A DNA stretch of 32,000 nt from Trichodesmium erythraeum IMS101 (GCF_000014265.1 NC_008312.1:7230001-7262000), one strand, 5' to 3'. Shown: positions 9,247-19,905, counted from the first letter of the stretch. A program made the numbers and translations. The notes: generated from the sequence alone by a model not told the origin.

Positions 9247-12200
9247 ATGAATATGACATCTACAGAAAATTGGCGAAATCCTTATAATATTGGTGGTTCT
9301 ATTGATGAACCAAAATTGTTTTTTGGTCGAGAAAGTTTGTTTCGTGTTATTGAAGATAATTTGAATAATAATCAACGAATTATTCTTCTACATGGTCAAA
9401 GACGTATAGGTAAATCTTCTGTATTAAAGCAAATTCCTAAACAGGTACGTTTGGATAATCAATTTGTTTTTATTCTGTTAGATTTTCAAGATAAATTCCA
9501 ATGGTCTCTCGATCAAATTTTCCATTATATTATCCAAAAAGTTGCTCAAGAAATTTTTGAGAATTCGGAAGATACCACACATAGTATTGATTTAGTTTCA
9601 CTTGAAGGCTTAGAAAAAGATCCCAATGAATTCAGAGAATTATTGCATTCGATAGTCCAAAAATTGGGGAGTAAAAATTTAGTATTATTACTGGATGAGT
9701 TTGATGTATTTGCAGGCAACAATAATGACTCAACATTTGAAGATTTCTTTGGATACTTAAAGACAATTGTGTCTGAGGAAAAGCAACTTTTTATTATTCC
9801 TGTTGTGGGAAGGCGACTAGATGATATGCCGAAACTTCTAAGATTGTTTAAGGGTGCGCCTAAGCAGGAAATAGGATTACTAGAAAGAGTAAGTACGAAA
9901 AGGTTGATTACACAACCTGCTAGAAAATTTCTGCAATACAATGAGGGAGCAATAAACGAAATTTTTCGACTTTCAGCGGGCCATCCTTACTTTACACAAG
10001 CTATATGTTACGCTGTGTTTGTACAAGCACGGGAAGAGGAAAAAAGTGAGATTTTGGAGAGTGATGTAGGCAGGGCGATCGAGAAGGCTATGGAGTTAAG
10101 CGAAGGAGGGTTGGATTGGTTTCGGGGAGGTTTGCTGAGACTAGAAAGAGTTTTATTTTCAGCAGTAGCAGCAGCTCAAGAGAGTGTTAAGCAAATTCAG
10201 TCACCTCCGGAAAACTTCTTCAATTTGCTTGAAAGATATGGAGTTCAAATAAAACAACTACTTCGTGAGCAACTACTTCAGGCACAACAAGCTTTGAGTG
10301 AAAATGATTTTTTAGATCCATCTGGGTACAAAGTTACAGTTGAGTTTGTTCGTCTTTGGTTAATCAAATATTATCCACTACGCTCAGAAATATGGGAATT
10401 GGAGAAGCTTGATGATGAAGCTAATAATTATTACGAAGGAGCTGATAAATGGCGGATACGAGGGGATATAGATCGTGAGTTAGAGCATTATAATATGGCT
10501 TTAGAACTTAATCCTAACCACTTTAGTGCTTTATTCCGGTTGGCTGCACGATACAAAAAAAAGCAAAGATTTCAGGCAGCATTAGAACTATACGAGAGAG
10601 TTTATAAAATTCATTCACAACGTGGGAAAGAGGAATACATAGAGTTATTGTTTGGTTATGGTGATCATTTAATTCAAGAAAATGGTTCTATAGAGACAAA
10701 GTTAAGTGCAGTTAAAAAGCTATACGAAACGGTCCTAAAAATCGAACCATACAATATGGAAGCTCAAGAGAAACTTAAAGATATTAAAGACAAGGAAAAT
10801 GCTCTATTTTCTGTCAGTAAGAAGTCTAAAACAATTCCAATTCGTAATGTATTTTTGACAGCAGCTTTAGCAGCTCCTCTGCTGATTGGAATAGGAATAT
10901 TTTGGGGATTAAAAACTAAACAAGATCCAGATTTTATACTCGGAAAATCAGAGCTGGATCAGCTAGAAATAGAAAGATTTAGCAGTGGCGAAAAAAGAAT
11001 GTTTGATTGGTATAACAACACAGATGATAATATTAAGTTTATAAGTTGTAATGTAAAATTTAAAGTTTCTAATTACAAAGAAGCAGTTAGTTGTTTTCAA
11101 GAATTTGTAAATTCTAATCGCAACGACCCAGAGCCATTGATTTACTATAACAATTCTCTAGCTCGCGAGAATAATAATAATCCTTTAAAAATAGCTGTAG
11201 TTGTACCAGCAGATAAGAACAGTCAAAGAGCTAAAGCAATTTTGCGAGGTGTTGCTCAGGCACAAAATGAATACAATAAAAACTACTATTTCTCAGGAAA
11301 TAGTAGATTACTGGAAATTATTATTGTCAATGACAGTAATGATGATGAAATATCTCCAAAAGTAGCTCAAGGAATAGTCAGAGATAAAGAAATTTTAGGG
11401 GTAATAGGACATAATTATAGTGATGCTACTAAGGCAGCATTAGAAGTATATCAAAAAGAAAAATTGGCAGTTATTTCTTCTACTAGCACAAGTATAGAAT
11501 TAAAAGGTGATACTTTTTTTAGAACGGTGATTGATGACTCTGTAGCAAGTAAAAAGCTAGCTGAATATGTCAAATTTCGATCTATAGAAAAGATTGTGAT
11601 TTTTTATAACAAAGAAAGTTCATTTAGTAAAAGTATCAATGGTTTTTTTGATTTTTACTTAACAACTTTGAAGCCTGACATAAAGGTTAAAAGTATAGAT
11701 TTGAAACAATCGTCTTTTGATCTCAATAAGGAAGTTCGGGTGGCAGCCAATAACCAAGTTGAAGCTGGAGCGCTATTTGCAAACATAGGAACAATTGACT
11801 TAGCAATAGAGGTTGCTAAAGCTAATTTTAAATTGCCAGAAAGCCAAAGATTAAAATTAATTGCTGGTGATAGTTTTTATAATTGTGATATCTTAGACAA
11901 AGGTGGGGAACCACTTAAAGGTTTGATTTTATCAATACCGTGGCATAAACAATTAGATACAGCAAAAGAGTTTGTAGCTAGAGCAAAAGAGCAGTGGGGA
12001 GAGGAGGAGGAGGTTGGCTGGCGCACTGCTACTAGTTATGATGCAACTAAGGCTTTTATTTCTGCGTTATCTAATTCTGGCGATGATCCCACCAGGTCTA
12101 AAGTGTTGGAAAAACTTAAAGAGGTAAATGTTCCAGCTAATGAAACCTCTGGAGAACATCTTAAATTTAATCCAGAAGGAGAAATTGCTGGTCAAGCAGT

Positions 12201-12270
12201 TCTTGTGGAAGTTGTGGAGTCTCAAAACCCAGCTTGCTCTAGTTTAGATTTTAGTTTAATAAAAGAGTAG
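9247..12270 (+). CDS. Multidomain STAND-type NTPase: TPR repeats, a single TM helix and a periplasmic type-1 (LivK/Peripla_BP_6-like) ligand-binding domain
   Basis: N-terminus NPYNIGGSIDEPKLFFGRE...LLHGQRRIGKSS (Walker A) and LVLLLDEFD (Walker B). TPR-like helices (YNMALELNPNHFSALFRLAARYKKKQRFQAALELYERV). A hydrophobic helix VFLTAALAAPLLIGIGIFWGL at about 10850..10912. The C-terminal KIAVVVPAD...ILRGVAQAQNEYN...LEIIIVNDSNDDE...VIGHNYSDATKAA...ISSTSTS...FFRTV pattern matches branched-chain amino-acid-type binding proteins. Confidence 0.8.
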   Translation: MNMTSTENWRNPYNIGGSIDEPKLFFGRESLFRVIEDNLNNNQRIILLHGQRRIGKSSVLKQIPKQVRLDNQFVFILLDFQDKFQWSLDQIFHYIIQKVAQEIFENSEDTTHSIDLVSLEGLEKDPNEFRELLHSIVQKLGSKNLVLLLDEFDVFAGNNNDSTFEDFFGYLKTIVSEEKQLFIIPVVGRRLDDMPKLLRLFKGAPKQEIGLLERVSTKRLITQPARKFLQYNEGAINEIFRLSAGHPYFTQAICYAVFVQAREEEKSEILESDVGRAIEKAMELSEGGLDWFRGGLLRLERVLFSAVAAAQESVKQIQSPPENFFNLLERYGVQIKQLLREQLLQAQQALSENDFLDPSGYKVTVEFVRLWLIKYYPLRSEIWELEKLDDEANNYYEGADKWRIRGDIDRELEHYNMALELNPNHFSALFRLAARYKKKQRFQAALELYERVYKIHSQRGKEEYIELLFGYGDHLIQENGSIETKLSAVKKLYETVLKIEPYNMEAQEKLKDIKDKENALFSVSKKSKTIPIRNVFLTAALAAPLLIGIGIFWGLKTKQDPDFILGKSELDQLEIERFSSGEKRMFDWYNNTDDNIKFISCNVKFKVSNYKEAVSCFQEFVNSNRNDPEPLIYYNNSLARENNNNPLKIAVVVPADKNSQRAKAILRGVAQAQNEYNKNYYFSGNSRLLEIIIVNDSNDDEISPKVAQGIVRDKEILGVIGHNYSDATKAALEVYQKEKLAVISSTSTSIELKGDTFFRTVIDDSVASKKLAEYVKFRSIEKIVIFYNKESSFSKSINGFFDFYLTTLKPDIKVKSIDLKQSSFDLNKEVRVAANNQVEAGALFANIGTIDLAIEVAKANFKLPESQRLKLIAGDSFYNCDILDKGGEPLKGLILSIPWHKQLDTAKEFVARAKEQWGEEEEVGWRTATSYDATKAFISALSNSGDDPTRSKVLEKLKEVNVPANETSGEHLKFNPEGEIAGQAVLVEVVESQNPACSSLDFSLIKE

Positions 12271-12306
12271 AGTGCACCTGTTTAATTTTCAGCCTCAAAC
12301 TTAGCT

Positions 12307-12410
12307 AAGATAATACGAATTCCTAATAGCTTTAAAGACGTTTTCAAAATCGGTAAAAGTGATGCTTTAACAACAGTAAAAAAAATTAATAATCTCCGCA
12401 TCACAATTTT
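12307..12410 (+). pseudogene. About 100-bp relic of a family-5 ABC substrate-binding protein gene
   Basis: Aligns by eye with 13473..13572 of the intact gene. The core ATCGGTAAAAGTGATGCTTTAACAACAGTAAAAAAAATTAATAATCTCCG vs ATTGGTAAAAGTGGTGCTTTACCAACAGTAAAAAAAATTGATAATCTCCG has 4 mismatches in 50. Confidence 0.7.
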
Positions 12411-12447
12411 AATTGACTAATTATCTCCTGGAGAACTTGCCCTTGGG

Positions 12448-12648
12448 TTAAATAATTTCATTAGTGGCATTCTTCACCTGAGCAACAATATCAACGAATT
12501 CAGGATCACAGCTATCTGCCATACTAACTATTATCCAATTTTTATTATGGTCATTGTTGGCTACATTGAGAAATTCATGAGTACAAAAGATTAATTTCGA
12601 GTCATTATACCGAAGGGCTGATAGAGCAACATCGTTGGTGAAAGACAT
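12448..12648 (-). CDS. Hypothetical small protein (no recognisable family)
   Basis: ORF only, with no motif recognised. It lies in relic-rich DNA and may not be a real gene. Confidence 0.2.
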   Translation of the reverse strand: MSFTNDVALSALRYNDSKLIFCTHEFLNVANNDHNKNWIIVSMADSCDPEFVDIVAQVKNATNEII

Positions 12649-13091
12649 CAACTCTAAAGAAAATAATTATCTCTTCATTTTTTTCAGTTTCAAATAAATT
12701 ATTCTGCCTAATATTATTTCTGTAAACTTGAACTAATAAAAAAAATAATTGTAATTCTTATTAAGAAAACAGCTATATTTGCTAGTAGTTTCACCATACT
12801 AAATGCAGTTTTGAGAGTATATTTATATCGATGAAAAGATTGGCTATACTATAAATATGAGATAGGCTTAGAGAGAATAAAAGATAGCTTTAAGTCACCA
12901 TACTTGGTATTACTTATTATCAAGAGTGACAAAATAGTGCTAGAATATGAATTTAGGAAGTAAGCCTTAGAAAATTTCATATTATAAACTTGTTTCCAAA
13001 TGATATTATGATAAATAAAAAAATCAAATGCGCAATTAAAACAGACTTTAGCTATAAGTAAATTAATAAATAAACTGACAGTTACTTAAAG

Positions 13092-14867
13092 ATGATTCAA
13101 CTTAATATTAAACAAAACTATTTTCGTAAATTAGCAATTTTATTCACAGTTATTTTAATATTTTTCCTGAGTTCTTGTAGGCAAGCAACATCAAATTATC
13201 AATCTCGTTTTGTTGTTTCTACTCCAAGTGATACTTCTACTTTTAACTATCCATTAAATCAGTCAGCATATAGTGTTTTTGGTTATATTTATGAGGGCTT
13301 AATTATTGAAAATGGTGTGACAGGAGAATTAGAACCAGCCTTAGCTGAATCTTGGGAAGTTTCCGAAGATGAACAAACAATAGTTATCACTTTAAAAAAA
13401 GATTTAAAGTGGTCAGATGGAGAACCTTTAACTGTTGATGATGTGGTATTTTCCTATAACAAAATATATCTGAATGATAAAATTCCTAGTAGCGTTAAAG
13501 ACATTCTTAGAATTGGTAAAAGTGGTGCTTTACCAACAGTAAAAAAAATTGATAATCTCCGTGTAGAATTTTCTACGCCCGAACCTTTTGCTCCTTTTCT
13601 CAGATATGCAGGAGGGTTAAATATTTTACCTGCTCATGTTTTAAAAGAATCAGTTAGTACTACTAACTCGGAAGGAGAATTAAACTATCTAACAAAATGG
13701 GGAACTGATACCCCAGTCACAGAAATTGTTGGTAATGGTATGTATCGCCTCAAAAGTTATGCTCCAAATCAACGAATTATTTTAGAAAAAAATCCTTTTT
13801 ATTGGCGCGAAGATGACCAGGGAAATAATCTGCCTTATATTGAAAATATTGTTTGGCAAGTAATCGAAAATACAGATAATCAACTATTAAATTTTCGTTC
13901 TGGAAAACTAGATACAATTAAGGTAGCAGCAGAAATGTTTCCTCTGTTAAAACGAGAAGAAAATCGAGGCAAATATACTATATATAATGGTGGTCCGACA
14001 TCTACTTCTAGCTTTATTTGTTTTAATATAAATCAAGGGAAAAATGCTCAAGGAAAACCATTGGTAGACCCGATTAAATCTCGATGGTTTAATAATAAAG
14101 CCTTTCGACAAGCGATGGCCTATGGTATTAATAGAGAGGCTATGACAAATAATATATATCGTGGATTAGGTGCGCCCCAGTATTCTCCAATTCCTGTTAC
14201 AAGTCCTTTTTATTTATCTCCAGAAGAGGGTTTAAAAATTTATAATTACGACCCGGAAAAAGCTAAAAAACTTTTGCTTAGTGCTGGTTTTAAATATAAT
14301 CAAAATGGTGAGTTATTAGATAGTGAAGGTAACCAAGTAGAATTTACTTTACTCTCAAGTGCAGGGAGGAAAGTCAGGGAACAAATGGCAACACAAATTA
14401 ATCAAGATTTGGCAAAATTAGGTATTAAAATAAATATGCAGTTTTTAAGTTTTAATACTTATGTAAGAAAGCTCACATTATCCAAAGATTGGGATGCTTA
14501 TCTCGGAGGTTTTACAGGAGGAAGTATCGAACCTCATGGTGGTTATAATATTTGGTCTGTAAATGGTAGATTACATACTTTTAATCAAGGACCTCAACCG
14601 GGAGATGAAAAAATAGAAGGTTGGAAAGTAAATGACTGGGAACAACAAATAGATGATCTTTATATTCAAGCATCTCAAGTTTTTGATGAAGATAAACGAA
14701 AGGAATTTTATGGTCAAGCACAACAGATTATTGCTGAGGAATTACCTTTTATATATATGGTAAATCCTCTGGAATTTGATGCTATAAGAAATAGAATTAA
14801 AGGTATTAATTATACTGAGCTAAGTGGAGGATTTTGGAATTTATATGAGTTGCAAATTTCTGATTAA
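13092..14867 (+). CDS. ABC transporter substrate-binding protein, family 5 (OppA/DppA/NikA-like), probable lipoprotein
   Basis: 591 aa with a signal/lipobox-like N-terminus (LIFFLSSC). Typical SBP_bac_5 blocks (GELEPALAESWEVSEDEQTIVITLKKDLKWSDGEPLTVDDVVFSY; NPFYW; FRQAMAYGINREAM). No permease or ATPase genes are adjacent. Confidence 0.9.
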   Translation: MIQLNIKQNYFRKLAILFTVILIFFLSSCRQATSNYQSRFVVSTPSDTSTFNYPLNQSAYSVFGYIYEGLIIENGVTGELEPALAESWEVSEDEQTIVITLKKDLKWSDGEPLTVDDVVFSYNKIYLNDKIPSSVKDILRIGKSGALPTVKKIDNLRVEFSTPEPFAPFLRYAGGLNILPAHVLKESVSTTNSEGELNYLTKWGTDTPVTEIVGNGMYRLKSYAPNQRIILEKNPFYWREDDQGNNLPYIENIVWQVIENTDNQLLNFRSGKLDTIKVAAEMFPLLKREENRGKYTIYNGGPTSTSSFICFNINQGKNAQGKPLVDPIKSRWFNNKAFRQAMAYGINREAMTNNIYRGLGAPQYSPIPVTSPFYLSPEEGLKIYNYDPEKAKKLLLSAGFKYNQNGELLDSEGNQVEFTLLSSAGRKVREQMATQINQDLAKLGIKINMQFLSFNTYVRKLTLSKDWDAYLGGFTGGSIEPHGGYNIWSVNGRLHTFNQGPQPGDEKIEGWKVNDWEQQIDDLYIQASQVFDEDKRKEFYGQAQQIIAEELPFIYMVNPLEFDAIRNRIKGINYTELSGGFWNLYELQISD

Positions 14868-14965
14868 GTAACTATAAAAATGAAAAAGATGTGGAAATTA
14901 ATTGATAATTTATTTTTTCCTTTGACTACTTAAAACTAAATATAGTATTTCTCTGTTTAATGAGG

Positions 14966-15147
14966 GTAAGCATTTAGCAATGCTGCAGTCAGCTCGAGCG
15001 CTTTTCCTAGATCATGCTGTGCAAAAATATCCATGAAAGTAATAAATTATAAAGGAATTGCTGATCATCTTTTTCGTGTGGGACTTTTAATTCTTCTTGG
15101 AGGTTAAATTTTCCAACTAGGCTGATAGCTGACAGCTAAATGCTTAC
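14966..15147. mobile_element. 182-bp MITE-like element with 13-bp perfect terminal inverted repeats and an 8-bp target-site duplication
   Basis: GTAAGCATTTAGC at 14966..14978 is the reverse complement of GCTAAATGCTTAC at 15135..15147. TAATGAGG directly flanks both ends (14958..14965 and 15148..15155). No ORF inside. Confidence 0.7.
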
Positions 15148-15641
15148 TAATGAGGCATATTTTATCCTCCTAGACTTAAATTACACAGCCACCAACATAT
15201 ATAGTAGGGATTTTCATGTTGTGGAGCACTCCGGTGGTTAACCCCTAATTTTGGTATATAACTTTATCTTTTGTGTAAGTCCTGTGCTTCTTAAAAAAGG
15301 GGAGTTTGAAGGCTCTCCTCTTTTTAAGCCATGGTTTATAAAGATATTTATTAACATAAAATGTGAAAAAAGAGAGAAGTTATAATTAGGCAATTTAATA
15401 AATATTTCGGAAGAGTAGATGTATTGTAAAAATAGGTTTTTTGATAATTTCGTAATTTAGCGCTTATTCTCTCCTCAAAGGATAGCTTTTTAAGGGGGGC
15501 GAGGAAGACATAAAAATGTACTTCATATATTTAAAGAAATGCTATATAAGAGTATCTGATGGTCAAGAAATAAAGTTAAGATTATCAACTACTCACTAAA
15601 TATTGACTACCCTATAGCAATAATCTTAAGTTACAATTATT

Positions 15642-17343
15642 GTGGTAATTATACTTAAAAGATTTCAACGAATACCATCAAATTATCAATCTTTTCTATT
15701 TATATCTATACATAGTAATACTTCTAATTTTAACTATCCATTAAATCCTTCAGTATATAAATTTTTTAGCTATATTTATGAACCATTAATTATTGAAAAT
15801 GTTGTCACAGGAGAATTAGAAGCAGATTTAGCTTAATCTTGGGAATTTTCTAGAGACGGACAACAAATAATTATTAAATTAAAAGCATGATTAAAATAAT
15901 AAAATGGAGAAACTGTAACTTCTAATGATGTGGTATTTTCCTATAATAAAATCTATCTAAGTTAGCAAATTATTGCCAGATTTCAAGATTCTATTAAAAT
16001 TGGTCAAAGTTGTGCTTTACTAAATGTCAAAAAAATCGATAATTACCGTATAAAATTTTATACAGTAGAACCTTTTTCTCCTTTGATTAGATATGCTGGA
16101 AGACTACCAATTTTACCTGCACGTGCCCTACAAGAATCAGTTCGTACTATTAACTCTAAAGAAGAATTAAACTATCTAAGAAAATGGTTAACTGATACCC
16201 CGGTAAAAGAAATTATTATTAATGGTATGTATAGACTCAAAAGTTATACTCTACATCAACGAATTATCTTAGAAAATAACCCTTTTTACTGTCGTAAGAA
16301 TGAGCAAGGAAATACTCAGCCTTATATTGAGAATATTGTCTGGCAAGTTATCTCAAATAGAGATAATCAAATCTTAAATTTTTGCTCTGGGGAGCTAGAT
16401 ACAATTAAAGTATAACCAGAAATTTTTAATTTATTAAAAAGAGAAGAAAAACGAGGTAAGTATATTATTTATAATGGTTGGTTTTCATCAGTTTTATCTC
16501 TTTTAATCTGAATCAGGGTCGTAATGCTCAAGGTAAGTCATTTATAAATTCGATTAAGTCTAAATGGTTTAATAAAAAATTTTTAGACAAGGGATAGCTT
16601 ATGCTATTAACAGGAAAACAATAGTAAACAATATATATCGTGAATTAGGTGCCCTTTTATTCACTAATTCCTGTTAAAAGTAATTTTTATCTATCCCCGA
16701 AAGTAGGTCTGAAAGTCTATAAATATAATCTATAAAAAGCAAATGCACTATTAGTTAGTGCTGGTTTTAAATATAACTAAAATGGTGAATTATTAGACAG
16801 TCAAGATAATAGAGTATAATTTACATTGCTATTAACTGCTGGTAGAAAATTCGCAGAAAAAATGGCAATACAAATCAATCAAGATTTAGCAACAATAGGA
16901 ATTAAAATAAATCTACATTTTCTTAGTTTGAATACCAAAGTGAAACGACTAAATTTGTCTAGAAACTGGGAAGCTTATCTAGGTGTTTTTGTAGGAGGAG
17001 GTGTAGAACTTCATGGTGATTATATGATCCGGTCTGTAAATGGCAGACTACACACTTTTAATCAAGGAAGCCAACCTGGAGAAAAAGTAATAGAAGGTAG
17101 AAAGGTAACAGAATAGGAACAATAAATAGATGATTTATATGTCAGAGCATCTCAAGTCCTAGATAAAAAAAACGGAAACAACTTTATACTAAAGCAGAGC
17201 AAATTATTACAGAATAGTTACCTTTTATCTATATGGTAATTCCTTTATAATTTGAGGCGATAAGAAATAGAGTTAAAGATATTAAGTCTGGTAAATATGG
17301 TAGGGGATTCGGGAATTTATATGAATTGCAAATCTCTGATTAA
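15642..17343 (+). pseudogene. Decayed full-length tandem paralogue of the family-5 substrate-binding protein gene
   Basis: ORFs 15642..15836, 16083..16415 and 16826..17116 and the DNA between them are colinear with 13190..14867 through to the shared ending ...ELQISD*. There are many in-frame stops (e.g. GAA->TAA, CAA->TAA, TGG->TAG relative to the intact copy). At least one frameshift lies between 16415 and 16826. Confidence 0.9.
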
Positions 17344-17432
17344 CTCTAATTTTTATATCTAAGAAGTTAGCTATTATTTTTGTCCGAAAATACTTATAAT
17401 TATAATTATCAACTTATAATCAAACTTTTTCC

Positions 17433-18218
17433 ATGGAATCTAAAGCATTAAAAAAACTATTAGAGGCAATTGCTCTAGGTGATGTAACTCCAGAGGCAGC
17501 TTTTGAAAAATTCAAGAATTTTGATTTTGAAAAGGTCGAAGATTTTGCCAAAATTGATCACCATAGAAATATTAGAACAGGTTTTCCAGAAGTTATTTGG
17601 GGGCCAGGCAAAAAAACAGAACAAATAGTTAAAATTATGGAGGTTATGAGACAACATAATCCCGTAGTCATGGCAACTAGAATTGAACCAGAAATATATG
17701 AACAATTGCAAGATAAAGTTTCTAATCTTTATTATTATCAGGATGCCAAAATATGTGTAGTTATGTCAGATTTTCCTAGGCAAAAATATGAAGGTATAAT
17801 TACAATTTTAAGTGCTGGTACTGCTGATTTACCAGTGGCAGAAGAAGCAGCAGTTACGGCGACTCTTTGTGGTTTTCAGGTTAAGCGTCTTTGGGATGTT
17901 GGGGTAGCAGGAATTCATCGGTTATTGAGCCATCAACATTTAATTGCGGAAGCTGATGTATTAATTGTAGTAGCAGGAATGGAAGGTGCTTTACCCAGTG
18001 TAGTGGCAGGTTTAGCAGATTCTCCTGTTATTGCAGTACCTACAAGTGTAGGTTATGGTGCTAACTTTAATGGTTTGGCTTCCCTATTGACAATGTTAAA
18101 TTCTTGTGCACCGGGAATAGGTGTTGTGAATATTGATAATGGTTTTGGGGCAGCTATTTTGGCAGGACAAATTATTAGAACGGCTGAGAAGTTAGCTAAT
18201 AGAAATTTAGCAGAATAA
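17433..18218 (+). CDS. larB: Nickel-pincer cofactor biosynthesis protein LarB (PurE-like AIR carboxylase family)
   Basis: DHHRNIRTGFPEVIWGPGK, SAGTADLPVAEEA and VVAGMEGALPSVVAGL...PVIAVPTSVGYG are characteristic LarB motifs. Confidence 0.88.
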   Translation: MESKALKKLLEAIALGDVTPEAAFEKFKNFDFEKVEDFAKIDHHRNIRTGFPEVIWGPGKKTEQIVKIMEVMRQHNPVVMATRIEPEIYEQLQDKVSNLYYYQDAKICVVMSDFPRQKYEGIITILSAGTADLPVAEEAAVTATLCGFQVKRLWDVGVAGIHRLLSHQHLIAEADVLIVVAGMEGALPSVVAGLADSPVIAVPTSVGYGANFNGLASLLTMLNSCAPGIGVVNIDNGFGAAILAGQIIRTAEKLANRNLAE

Positions 18219-18831
18219 TAAGTTGTAATTCTCATTTTTGCTCCTGACTCTATAGTGGGGGCATCTTACCTAGTAATATAGAACGCGTGTTAATTGATAG
18301 CTTTTATAACAGTTAATTTGAAGGGAAAACACCTTGAAAATTGTTAAAATTATGACTACTTACTCTTGAGTTCTAACTATCACAAAAATATTACAATTTT
18401 AAGATTGCTATAGTGTGCTTGAGTGATATTAAATTCTCTATATTTATTAATTTTAAGGCTGGCTGAACTTTAGCTGTATCGCAGGTAGACGACTAATTGG
18501 TTACAATATAGCTCGACTATACTCAAGGGTAACACTTAATTTGACTAGAAGTAAGCTTTCTTGAAATATTCTTTATGGATCAGCTGTGAAGATAGGTGAC
18601 AGCCATGGGATAGTGGTATTCAACAAAAATAGGAAGCTTGTATTAAGGGCTAAAATATCGTTTTGGGTAGGTTCAGCAGAGCGGTATAATTCTGGTTTCC
18701 TACTCCTAGGGAGGAAGAAATAATAAATGCTATAATTATATGTTTTAGCTATGTTGCTAAAAATTATTAAAACTATAATAGTGCTATTATAATGGAATAT
18801 ATAGACTAAAACAAATTGTCAGGTTTTAATT

Positions 18832-19701
18832 ATGTCATTATCTTTCAAAAAAGTCGCTGCTGCTCAAAAAAATCTGGAAAGAGGCAAAGAGCTTAAAAAA
18901 AAGGGTTCGTTTCAAGAAGCGATCGCCAAATACAATATGGCTCTTAAACTGATACCGGACAATATACCGGCTTTGATCCAGTTGGCTTCAGCTTATGAAG
19001 CTCAAAAAAACTGGAAAGAAGTGGTTAAATGTTGCAGAAAAATTGTGGCTTTCCAGCCCAATAATGCTAGAGCTTATCTACAACAGGCCAGAGCTCTGAA
19101 GCAACAAAATAAACTATATGGGGCAATAGCTGCATTTCAAGAAGCTATTGAAATAAATAAAAATGTACTGAGAGCTCGAAATTACAAAGAATTAGGAGAT
19201 TTGTTTATTCAACTAAAAAGCTCCAAAAACCAAAAAGCTCGGACTAATGATGCGATCGCAGCTTATCAAAAAGCTGTGGAACTGAGACCTAATTTCCCCC
19301 CCCAGGTTCATATTAGACTGGCTGACACTCTGCAAAAACAGAAACGCTTTGAAGAAGCTATTGTTTCATATCAAAAAGCGTTAGAAGTAAAACCAAATTT
19401 GGGTGCAGGAATTTATGTGAAGTTAGGGAAAGCTCAACTCAAACAGGGGCAACTAGAGGAAGCGATCGCTACTTATGGAAAAGCCGTTGAATTAGATCCG
19501 AATTCTGTAGCTGCCCACAAAAATATGGGGGATGCTTTAAAACAAAAAAGATTATTCAATGATGCAATAAATTGTTATAACAAGGTGATAGAAATTAATC
19601 CAAATTCTCCCAGTTTATATCGTTTAATAGGTGATATTTTAACAGAACAAAATCGGACTACGGAAGCTGCTCAATATTACCAAAAAGCTGCTTTAATTTA
19701 G
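18832..19701 (+). CDS. Tetratricopeptide (TPR) repeat protein
   Basis: Eight or so 34-residue repeats with the A..Y.KALEL.PN consensus. Confidence 0.85.
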   Translation: MSLSFKKVAAAQKNLERGKELKKKGSFQEAIAKYNMALKLIPDNIPALIQLASAYEAQKNWKEVVKCCRKIVAFQPNNARAYLQQARALKQQNKLYGAIAAFQEAIEINKNVLRARNYKELGDLFIQLKSSKNQKARTNDAIAAYQKAVELRPNFPPQVHIRLADTLQKQKRFEEAIVSYQKALEVKPNLGAGIYVKLGKAQLKQGQLEEAIATYGKAVELDPNSVAAHKNMGDALKQKRLFNDAINCYNKVIEINPNSPSLYRLIGDILTEQNRTTEAAQYYQKAALI

Positions 19702-19905
19702 AATATCGCTTTGATTTCCCTCTAAAGAATACCGTTTTACAGGAGTTATACATTCATGCATTTATACATTAATATTTTAATTTTTTAAAACTTTGAAGCC
19801 CTCATTAATTTGAGGAAATTATTTCACGTCTAAAGTTTTAAACTGTTTGTAAAAATTTTCAAGTGAATTGATAAACCATATAAAGGTTCAATAAATTTTT
19901 GCTGT

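Noticed and set aside
13092-18218. Functional link between the NikA/OppA-like binding protein and larB (nickel supply for the nickel-pincer cofactor)
   Set aside because: The adjacency is separated by a dead paralogue and a MITE. The family-5 binding protein cannot be assigned to nickel from sequence inspection, and no larC/larE or transporter genes are nearby. This is too speculative to report as a finding.
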